Source: a virus
Taxonomy: Duplodnaviria > Caudoviricetes
Reading direction: 5' to 3' (one strand)
Length of the DNA: 52,396 bases
Virus record (IMG/VR): IMGVR_UViG_3300028840_001414
Coordinates: 1-52,396 of that record
Shown here: one piece after another, positions 37,978 to 45,408 of the stretch
Layout: every line of letters begins with the position of its first letter
Numbering within the stretch: position 1 is the first letter of the stretch
Notes under the pieces: model-generated
What the model was told of the DNA's origin: nothing
Database searches by the model: none
Seen by the model: only the letters and a program-made list of their open reading frames with translations
Program-made: the position numbers and the translations under genes

Positions 37978-38706
37978 ATGTTGAGAGAGTTTTTTAGGGT
38001 GCTCTTAATTGGGGTCGCTCTTGGCTTAATTTTCTGTGGAACATTCGTTGTCATGTCGTCTCTGATTTCTGCGTGTTATGCCGCAGAGGTAACTACAGAG
38101 GAGCGCGTGATCGATCTTCCCCAGGACTCCGAGAAGTGGTTCGTTAGTGTCGTCGGCGATGCGGAAGACCCGCAGTTCCAGGCGGTCCTGCAATGGTTCA
38201 ATGAAGACGAGAAGCTGAAAGACCTGAAGGGTGCAGTTCACTTTTGGAAGATCGCCAGCAACAGCACGGCCTACGAGACCCGGTACAAGCACAACGTCAA
38301 AGGGCTCCCGACTGTGCGGATTCAGGAGGCGAGCGGCGCCGTTATCTATGAGGGGGTTGGCGAGCAGATTCCGGCATCGGCCGATGATTTGTACCGAGAG
38401 ATTTCGGATTCGTCTACTGGCCGAATTATCAACTGGCCGATCTTGAACCGGCCGATCCTGCCGTGGCGCCGTCATATCGAAAGAGAGAGAAATCAGCAGC
38501 CGTCCCCCGCTCCGTGCCCCGGCCCCGACTGTGCCCCCGTGCCGCCTGATCCCACGGTGCCGCCCCTCAGCGACGGTGGCCCGCCTCAAATGGATTCCGG
38601 GCCGTCTGCGGGGCTTGTGCTCGCTCTGTCGATCTTATCGCTGCTTGGCGGCGGCGCTGGCGGGCTTATCTCCCAGTGGCGGCGCACCTATCGCACGGAT
38701 GGCTGA
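37978..38706 (+). CDS. Membrane protein: N-terminal signal/TM, thioredoxin-like domain without CxxC, Pro-rich linker, C-terminal TM
   Basis: VKGLPTVRI cis-Pro-like motif; hydrophobic ends followed by WRR. Confidence 0.65.
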   Translation: MLREFFRVLLIGVALGLIFCGTFVVMSSLISACYAAEVTTEERVIDLPQDSEKWFVSVVGDAEDPQFQAVLQWFNEDEKLKDLKGAVHFWKIASNSTAYETRYKHNVKGLPTVRIQEASGAVIYEGVGEQIPASADDLYREISDSSTGRIINWPILNRPILPWRRHIERERNQQPSPAPCPGPDCAPVPPDPTVPPLSDGGPPQMDSGPSAGLVLALSILSLLGGGAGGLISQWRRTYRTDG

Positions 38707-38746
38707 TCGTTACGAATTCCAGTTTTCCCTAGCAAGAGAGGTTTGC

Positions 38747-39157
38747 ATGAGTTTTCTCGAAATCGCTTTGTTGTGTATTGTTGGTGTCGGTGGTGGGTGG
38801 GGTATAGTCTCGTGGCTGTTCAAGAAGGATACCGCCCGCGAGGAGCGCCGGCGCGGCGCGGCTACGCTGGCCACTTCGTTATCTGGGCTCGGCTTCAAGA
38901 AGCTGCCCGAATTTCTGGTGGACTACAGCGTAGGCGACTACAGCGCCATGGCTCACAAGATCAAGTCACTGGCCAGCCTGTTTGTCGGCGGTGAGGCCGG
39001 CGTGATGGTCGAGTTCGAGAAGGTCTTTGACAACCTGCTGAGCGCCAAGCTGAAGTCTGAGACCGGCCGCTCGCTAATCGCAGCGAAGCTTGCGGACGCC
39101 GTTGAGGAGCGGGATGCTTCGGCTATCAAGTCTGCCCCGATGGCGAGCGTAAAGTAG
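38747..39157 (+). CDS. Single-TM membrane protein
   Basis: N-terminal TM followed by KK; GAGAGG RBS. Confidence 0.75.
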   Translation: MSFLEIALLCIVGVGGGWGIVSWLFKKDTAREERRRGAATLATSLSGLGFKKLPEFLVDYSVGDYSAMAHKIKSLASLFVGGEAGVMVEFEKVFDNLLSAKLKSETGRSLIAAKLADAVEERDASAIKSAPMASVK

Positions 39158-39221
39158 GCACTTCCTCCCACGGGGATTTCCGGTCAGGCGCCGGCCCCCG
39201 TGGGTTATTCTCTTGGAGTGA

Positions 39222-39482
39222 TTGATGCAGGGCCCGAATTTCAAGAAACTGGTAATTCGCAAGATGGCTCGTGACGCGGTTCCAGATGGGGGCGGCTTCG
39301 CAGATGGCTTGCGGTTCTTGTCATCGCCAAAAGGAATCGCATCGGCTGTAAAGCGAGCAACCGAATGGGTACAGCAAGCTATAAATGCAGTAAAAGCTGC
39401 GCCAGATAATTCATTCGGCAATAATGACGAAGCGATAGCGAACGAAATTTTAAGGCAGCTTGATGACAGCCAAAGAAACTGA
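39222..39482 (+). CDS. Hypothetical protein
   Basis: GGAG RBS; operon packing. Confidence 0.7.
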   Translation: MMQGPNFKKLVIRKMARDAVPDGGGFADGLRFLSSPKGIASAVKRATEWVQQAINAVKAAPDNSFGNNDEAIANEILRQLDDSQRN

Positions 39483-39750
39483 AGCCCTGAATGCCCTGCG
39501 GGCAGAGTTGGTCGCGTACCATGTAGAGGTACGTGAGCACATCGCTAGATGCGAGGCGTGCCGGTCAGACGTGGCTACCATGCACGCCGATCTGTATGGC
39601 ATTCCAGGCAACAAGGAGCACACCGGCGTCGTGGGGGAGGTTTCGGAGCTTCGCGCAAGCCGGCGTGCAATCCTGATCGGCCTGCGATGTGCGTGGGGGG
39701 TGCTAGTAGCCGTCGCAGGGGTGGTTACGACTGTACTCTTTGGGAAGTGA
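39460..39750 (+). CDS. Coiled coil plus C-terminal TM protein (XhlA/holin-like)
   Basis: LYG...GVVGEV.EL followed by a TM segment; last late gene. Confidence 0.5.
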   Translation: MMTAKETEALNALRAELVAYHVEVREHIARCEACRSDVATMHADLYGIPGNKEHTGVVGEVSELRASRRAILIGLRCAWGVLVAVAGVVTTVLFGK

Positions 39751-39801
39751 TCTTCTTTCGTTCCTTCCAGGGCCACTCAGGGGCCCGTGTAGGGCCGCCG
39801 G

Positions 39802-39822
39802 TTGCAGGTGGCCCTTCTTTAT
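39802..39822 (+). terminator. Candidate late-operon terminator
   Basis: AGGGCCGCC/GGTGGCCCT stem then TCTTTAT; coordinates approximate. Confidence 0.5.
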
Positions 39823-39839
39823 GTTAGGCTATCTAAAGG

Positions 39840-40140
39840 CCCTGAGAAACCGCGTCAGAAGCTATGGCGATGGGTAGCGAACATTCTCACCCCCTGTTGT
39901 ATTCTCACTTAGGAATGACGAGCGTGACCACGCTCGATTGAGCGTTTCAATGTGAAAATAGGTAGTTTATGTAACTTAGCGAGATATTCGGAATACACCA
40001 TAAGTCGTTGTTACATAACGAGTTACGTATATCCCTCCTTCAGGACGAGGCGGGATAGCGGCCCGCTACTTTTTTATTTTCGGTTGACGTAAACCATTAC
40101 CCTCGCAGTATTTACGTCACCTTCTCAAAAGGAAATGCTT
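39840..40140. other. Putative attP region
   Basis: AT-richer non-coding gap upstream of int; TTCTCA repeats; two 25-bp inverted boxes flanking a possible tRNA-3'-like core. Confidence 0.5.
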
Positions 40141-40160
40141 ACGACTGCGCTTTTTTGCGC

Positions 40161-40189
40161 TTGCAACCCCTTTTCTGGCATGGTAGAAT
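40161..40189 (+). promoter_or_regulatory. Sigma70-type integrase promoter
   Basis: TTGCAA-N17-TAGAAT with an extended -10 TG. Confidence 0.75.
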
Positions 40190-40234
40190 AGGGAGAGAGG
40201 CATTGATAGACTACCTTTGAGTTGGAGGCTCCAC

Positions 40235-41395
40235 ATGACACTGACTGAGCATCGAGATTGGAAGAAGCGGCACCCCGACTTTCCGCTGACTGTTCATGCG
40301 AGCGGTCAATGGTCGAAACGAGTCAAGGGGAAGGTCTATTACTTCGGCAGGCTGGATGATCGGGATGCCGCGCTAAGGCAATGGCTCGAAGAGAAGGACT
40401 TTCTCTTGGCTGGTGTCGCCCCGCCGAAGCACGGTGCCGGGATCACGGTAGCCGAGCTTTTCGAGAAGCATCTAGAAGACGTGAATTCGCGGATTGCTGC
40501 CGGCCGACTTGCCTTGAAGACACGGAAAGACTACCTTGTGCCGCCGTCACTTTTTCGGGCCGCCGGCTTGGAAGGAATGCCGGTCAGGATGCTCACCCCG
40601 ACCCACTTCGCAATGGTTGCAGACGAGCTTGAGAAATCTGATCGCACCTTGCGGACACAGAAGAACATCATCATGGCAGCCAGGGCTGTCTTTAACTGGG
40701 GCGGGCCGGAGGGAATGCAACTTTTCGACGATCGAATTAGGTTCGGGCCGCGATTCAAGCCTCCGAAATCAGATGCGATCGAAGCCGAGCAGGAGGCAGC
40801 CGGGATTGTAAGGTTTCTGGATCGCGAAGTCATCCTTGAAGCCCTCGATACCGCGAAGCCGAGGCTGAAAATTGCAATCCTTCTTGGTATCAACTGCGCA
40901 TTCTACCCTGGCGACACGATTGCCGTAGCCCGCGATCACTTTCATCTGGACGGCGAGATACCCTACCACGATTTCCGTCGCGTCAAGACGCGGCGGCAGC
41001 GCAAGGCCGTCCTGTGGCCCGAAACCGTAGCTGCCATTCGGGAGTATTGGGAGAAGTACCGCCGGCCAAAGGATAAGAGCGAGAGGCGACTGCTGCTCAG
41101 CGAGCGAGGCGAGCCACATGCGTATAGCGGGCAGGGTCGATCACTCCTCGAATCGTTTGGCCGGCTCCTGGATCGAATCGGCAATCGCATGAAGGGGGTC
41201 GGTCTCGGCTCGCTCCGGCACACCTATGCTACGGTGGTTGACTCCGTACCCGACCAAGCGATGATCGACCTAACGATGGGCCATACCAACAAGAGTATCC
41301 AGAAGCGAACCTACCGCCAACTGAATCTAGACGAGCTTGGCCGGCTGAAGGTTCTGGCCGATAGGGTTTGGGGTTGGCTGTATAGCGGAGGCTAG
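40235..41395 (+). CDS. int: Tyrosine recombinase/integrase with an atypical box I
   Basis: RVKT, SLRHTYAT, MGH, RTY; arm-binding-like N-terminus; GGAGG RBS. Confidence 0.9.
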   Translation: MTLTEHRDWKKRHPDFPLTVHASGQWSKRVKGKVYYFGRLDDRDAALRQWLEEKDFLLAGVAPPKHGAGITVAELFEKHLEDVNSRIAAGRLALKTRKDYLVPPSLFRAAGLEGMPVRMLTPTHFAMVADELEKSDRTLRTQKNIIMAARAVFNWGGPEGMQLFDDRIRFGPRFKPPKSDAIEAEQEAAGIVRFLDREVILEALDTAKPRLKIAILLGINCAFYPGDTIAVARDHFHLDGEIPYHDFRRVKTRRQRKAVLWPETVAAIREYWEKYRRPKDKSERRLLLSERGEPHAYSGQGRSLLESFGRLLDRIGNRMKGVGLGSLRHTYATVVDSVPDQAMIDLTMGHTNKSIQKRTYRQLNLDELGRLKVLADRVWGWLYSGG

Positions 41396-41401
41396 CGCAG
41401 G

Positions 41402-41710
41402 CTACTCCGGACAGATGCAAAAATAGTCGTCGTCGTCTTCGTAGCCGCAGTTCGCTTCGTGAATGTGCTCCCACACTCTGCCGTGATAGAATCCGCACGT
41501 CAAGAGATCGTCGCGAATTCTGGCGCATGACAGGCAGGTTTTCGCGGTCCAGAAGAAACCGTCCGTCTTTGCCGAGACGTACTCATATTTCTCGCCTGGC
41601 TTAATTTCGCACCCACATTCTCCGCATTTATGCGACTTCCCTGCGGTTCTCGTGGAGGGTGAATAGAATTCACTGTAGCAGTCAGCGTCTATGCAAACGC
41701 AATTAAACAT
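41402..41710 (-). CDS. Zinc-finger phage protein
   Basis: A.K.HKC.EC..EI.PGEKY...KTC..C. Confidence 0.8.
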   Translation of the reverse strand: MFNCVCIDADCYSEFYSPSTRTAGKSHKCGECGCEIKPGEKYEYVSAKTDGFFWTAKTCLSCARIRDDLLTCGFYHGRVWEHIHEANCGYEDDDDYFCICPE

Positions 41711-42457
41711 TTAGCTGCCCCCCCTTGGGTCGTGCCATTGTGTGCCATGCTCCCTGGTAATCCGCTCGCAGTATTCACGATCAAGCTCGATGGAAGTGCT
41801 GCTTAGGCCGATGCGTTTACACACCCTGAGCGTCGTGCCGGTGCCAGCAAAGGGATCAAGCACGCTGCCGCCTGGTGGGGTGGTGAGCCTCAAGCACCGC
41901 TCCACAAGCCCTTCGTTAAGTTGCGTCGGGTGCCACTTGCGGCGCTGCTTAGAGTTGCCGACCACACGAGGAAAGTCGAACACGTCGCCTGGCACGCGGC
42001 CGCGCGGGTCGGCTCGCTTGTCACCGTTCTTCTGCCGCCACGAGGGCACGCGGATCGCATCCGGGAGAAGCGGTGCATCCTTATGCCGGAACCGCCATAG
42101 CGGCCGGTGATTGTTACCGAGATCGTGATGGTTGTGCTGCCCGAAAGTGAACGTCTGCACGCAGGGCTTGACTTCAATGCCGCTGCGTAGCGATTCCGCA
42201 ATGACGCCAACTGCAACAGACCATCTGGCATTGAAGCTGAGCCATACGGTGCCAGCGCGGAAGATGAATGAATCAATCCAACGCCAGAGCAAATTCCTGT
42301 ACTCGCTCTCCGAGATGCGGTCATTGTATTGCGCGTACTTGGCGCCGATATTGTCGGGCGGATCAGCGAAGATTGTATCCCATCGCTGGCCGGTGCTCCT
42401 GGCGTGGAGAAAATGAAGGCAGTCATCGTTAATCAGGGTGTGCGTCGTTTGTTTCAT
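41711..42457 (-). CDS. N4/N6 DNA methyltransferase (beta class)
   Basis: FADPPDN (motif IV variant), HPTQ, VLDPFAGTGTT, IELDREYC. Confidence 0.92.
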   Translation of the reverse strand: MKQTTHTLINDDCLHFLHARSTGQRWDTIFADPPDNIGAKYAQYNDRISESEYRNLLWRWIDSFIFRAGTVWLSFNARWSVAVGVIAESLRSGIEVKPCVQTFTFGQHNHHDLGNNHRPLWRFRHKDAPLLPDAIRVPSWRQKNGDKRADPRGRVPGDVFDFPRVVGNSKQRRKWHPTQLNEGLVERCLRLTTPPGGSVLDPFAGTGTTLRVCKRIGLSSTSIELDREYCERITREHGTQWHDPRGGS

Positions 42458-42759
42458 TTGATGCTAAACTCTCGGTCTGCGAAGTCGTATACGTCTGCGT
42501 AGTGTTTAGTCCACCGCCCCCTGTGAGTATAAGCCTCCGCGATTGCCAAGACGTGTGCCCATTCGTGAATCAGCGTGTCTATCTGTGCATCCCACGACAG
42601 CCGCGAGTCAATCTTGATCGTGTAGTTTCCGCAGCCGTCCGTCGTGGTGAAGCCGGCCAGCCTCTTGCATGGCCGGCGCACCACGCGGACACTGCCATCC
42701 ACCGGGAAGTTCTTACGCAGGGCACTTACGCGCTTGCGCCAAGTAGCTTTTCGTAGCAT
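42454..42759 (-). CDS. Small zincin-like metallopeptidase
   Basis: DTLIHEWAH...H. Confidence 0.8.
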   Translation of the reverse strand: MLRKATWRKRVSALRKNFPVDGSVRVVRRPCKRLAGFTTTDGCGNYTIKIDSRLSWDAQIDTLIHEWAHVLAIAEAYTHRGRWTKHYADVYDFADREFSIK

Positions 42760-43349
42760 GATTCGAGTTTGTATCCCGTTTCCTGGAGGGCCTGAAGGAG
42801 CCGCACGCAATCTGCGGGGTCTTCCGCGTGAGCCGAATTCCACGGGCGGGGCATCAGAATCGCCTGTCCGCCGGCTTGCCGGAAATCTCTTACGTTTCGG
42901 TCCCGGTCATCGATTAGCAGTGAGCCAGGTTTCGCGCAGAAATGCTTACACGGCCCAATCAGGAATTGCCTGTGTATCCACGGCGGCAGAACACGTTGTA
43001 TCCATTCGAGTTTGCCGGCCAGGCAATCGGGGTCAAGCGTCGGACTACTAAGGATGCAGACGTTCTCGGGGCCGACTATTCCGCCGCAAGTTAAGATCAG
43101 CCCATCGCATTCAGCCGACTTTGGTGCATTAGCCCAGAAGTCACGCTTGATTGTTTTCCAGAAAGTTTCTGCCGTGAATGTGTCGTGTGGGTGCAGCACG
43201 TTCGCGGCGGCGACAATATCCCAACCCCACGCCGGATTGTACGCACTATCGTCGTATGCGCTGACGGGGCAGCCGACATATCGCAGCGCTTCCATTGTGC
43301 AGCGATTGAGCACGTCATCCAGGTCGAGAAAGATTTCCCTGATTCTCAT
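42726..43349 (-). CDS. HAD-family 5'(3')-deoxyribonucleotidase (NT5C-like)
   Basis: FLDLDDVL, ILSSP, GKLEWI, LLIDD, PRPWN. Confidence 0.88.
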   Translation of the reverse strand: MRIREIFLDLDDVLNRCTMEALRYVGCPVSAYDDSAYNPAWGWDIVAAANVLHPHDTFTAETFWKTIKRDFWANAPKSAECDGLILTCGGIVGPENVCILSSPTLDPDCLAGKLEWIQRVLPPWIHRQFLIGPCKHFCAKPGSLLIDDRDRNVRDFRQAGGQAILMPRPWNSAHAEDPADCVRLLQALQETGYKLESCYEKLLGASA

Positions 43350-43362
43350 GGTGCCTCCCTTA

Positions 43363-43782
43363 CTATTCGCCGTGTGCGTGGTCTGCGGGAACCTCAACAT
43401 CGCCGACTACTGGATCGTGGTTCGCGACGCGGCCGGCTTTTGGGGGGCGAATAAGCTCATGCAGATAGCCGAAGGCGTTAAAGAGAATCGCACAAAGCGC
43501 TTCGTCTCTATTTACGAAGTGATTGTCTGCGCCGTCGATTGCACTATACCCCCGGTGGACGCACCACAGGTCCATGAAATGCCGGAACATGGATTTCATG
43601 TAGGCGTCGAGCGGGATTCCACCCTGCCAGTTATCGCTGGCTCGTAACTTTCCGTCTGCTTGGATGCGATGCTTGTGCATGTACCTAGCATATCGCTTCA
43701 GCGCGATTGGGGACAAGAAGCCTTCGTAGTCAAATTTCGCGTCGTCGGAATCGCGGGTGGCCCCGCTGTCGAATGTTCTCAA
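43363..43782 (-). CDS. DUF5664-like dATP/dGTP diphosphohydrolase domain protein
   Basis: TFDSGATRD...K.DY..LSP.AL...NWQ.GIP...S..RH...LCA..FN; TTG start with AAGGAG RBS. Confidence 0.75.
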   Translation of the reverse strand: MRTFDSGATRDSDDAKFDYEGFLSPIALKRYARYMHKHRIQADGKLRASDNWQGGIPLDAYMKSMFRHFMDLWCVHRGYSAIDGADNHFVNRDEALCAILFNAFGYLHELIRPPKAGRVANHDPVVGDVEVPADHAHGE

Positions 43783-44486
43783 TGGTGTCTCCTTTTGAAT
43801 CTCGACTTGTGGTACTTCTCTCCTTTTCCGCACGGCATGATCTCGTGGTACGGTACACCGTCCAGGATGACGGCAGCCGCCAGGATTGGCCGATCCTTCA
43901 TGTGTTTTCCATAAGCGAATTGATAAGCGTCAATGTCGATGCCGCAGCCAACGTCAACGGAGAAAATCCGTTGCATTGGATTCGCTCGCCACTTTATCCC
44001 GGCCTTGGAGTGGCAATGCCCCATAACGACCGGCATGAGCATCTTGCCCGCCACGTTCCAGGCAGGGTGAATTCCGCCTTGGCCCGTTCCGTGGAAGTAG
44101 TACGCGCCGTCAATGATGTGTTCGTGTCGCCAGTCCCATTCCGGCGTATTCCATGTATTCTGGTAGTCTCGAATGAAGCAGGCGGGGATATTGACGGATT
44201 CTGCAAGCCGCAACACGCGCTCGTCATGGTTGCCAATACATACCTTCGCTTTCAGAAATGCCCCCTTCCACTTCTGAATTTCCCGTTTTGCCGCATGGTA
44301 TTCATCGACCGGGCCAGGGCAATGCGGGTTCGCGGCGTGGAAGCTGATTGCCTGAAAATCGATAATGTCTCCGATGAATACAACTTCATTGCATCGCCAT
44401 TCTTTGTGCAGGTCTTTGCAGAACTGCATGTAACCAGGGTGTGTTGCCGGGGCGTGAACGTCACCGATTACTAGAACTCTTGCCAC
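43779..44486 (-). CDS. Calcineurin-like metallophosphoesterase
   Basis: GDVH, GDIID, GNHD, FHG, GHCH. Confidence 0.92.
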   Translation of the reverse strand: MARVLVIGDVHAPATHPGYMQFCKDLHKEWRCNEVVFIGDIIDFQAISFHAANPHCPGPVDEYHAAKREIQKWKGAFLKAKVCIGNHDERVLRLAESVNIPACFIRDYQNTWNTPEWDWRHEHIIDGAYYFHGTGQGGIHPAWNVAGKMLMPVVMGHCHSKAGIKWRANPMQRIFSVDVGCGIDIDAYQFAYGKHMKDRPILAAAVILDGVPYHEIMPCGKGEKYHKSRFKRRHH

Positions 44487-45022
44487 TATTTAGCCTCTTG
44501 ATTGTTGTCGATTCGCCTCAGAGCCTCCTCTGCCCGGCAGGCCAGGTGATAGAAGAGGGGGTTAGGAATGATGCGCATTTCGTTGAGATCGCAAATATCT
44601 CTCGCGACATAAACCAATTCGGTTGGCACGGAAGCTGGCACCGGCCCCCACTCCCTTTGCTGCAACTCGTCTGGCTGCTCTTTGTCGCTAAACATTATCG
44701 AGCCGCAAGTCGGGCACTTGGGAGATTTGTGCTCGCCCACTCGGCGCGGCAGTAAAGAATAGAACCGTCGCACCTTCAGGATCATTTCGCGCGGTATCTT
44801 CGTTTTGACTTCAACGGCCCCCGGAGGCAGCCCGGCGAGCAGGAAGGCGCGTATTTGTTCGCGCGTCTTTCGATCGAGTGATACTACGTCACTATGGGCG
44901 CGGCGTATATCCGATACCAACCATCGCGACACACCAACCTCGCGTGCTATCTGCCTATCGCTGCGTGGGTTTTCTTCCGCCAGAAGATTGCGGATGGTAT
45001 TTTCTTGATCTAGTGTAATCAA
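44486..45022 (-). CDS. HTH plus zinc-ribbon putative transcription regulator
   Basis: SDRQIAREVGVSRWLVSDIR, a second HTH-like segment, CPTCG. Confidence 0.75.
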   Translation of the reverse strand: MITLDQENTIRNLLAEENPRSDRQIAREVGVSRWLVSDIRRAHSDVVSLDRKTREQIRAFLLAGLPPGAVEVKTKIPREMILKVRRFYSLLPRRVGEHKSPKCPTCGSIMFSDKEQPDELQQREWGPVPASVPTELVYVARDICDLNEMRIIPNPLFYHLACRAEEALRRIDNNQEAK

Positions 45023-45408
45023 TCATCACTCCACGTTATGGTGAGTTCGACTCTCGGGTGCTCTTTATCGATCTTGAAAGTTGGTGGCATACGCTTCATG
45101 TGCTCGTAGTCATCGTCGGGAACGAGCCCAGAATCCACGATCCCGTCATACGCAGCCTTCAATGACCCTATGGCATTGTCTTGGTCCCGGCGCCGTCTTG
45201 AAGCGAAGTAGAATGCCGCGCAGACTTCCACTCTTTGCCACGGGGCAGTTTCGATTTGCTCTGCTTCGATTGCTTCCCTCGCCAGTCGGCGATAGCGCTT
45301 AGTTGCTGCGGCCTTCATCATCCGGCCACCGAAGCTGCCGATAGTGCAATTCGGTTGAAGTACCCTCGCGGGGAGCGGCAAGACAATGGTGAGTGTTTCG
45401 TCTGTCAT
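45019..45408 (-). CDS. RusA-like Holliday junction resolvase
   Basis: RRRDQDN...LKAAYDGIVDSGLV.DD...PRVELTI. Confidence 0.85.
   Translation of the reverse strand: MTDETLTIVLPLPARVLQPNCTIGSFGGRMMKAAATKRYRRLAREAIEAEQIETAPWQRVEVCAAFYFASRRRRDQDNAIGSLKAAYDGIVDSGLVPDDDYEHMKRMPPTFKIDKEHPRVELTITWSDD

Noticed and set aside
42726-44486. Z-base (2-aminoadenine) or 7-deazaguanine modification system
   Set aside because: No PurZ, DpdA, Que enzymes or DNA polymerase recognisable in the genome
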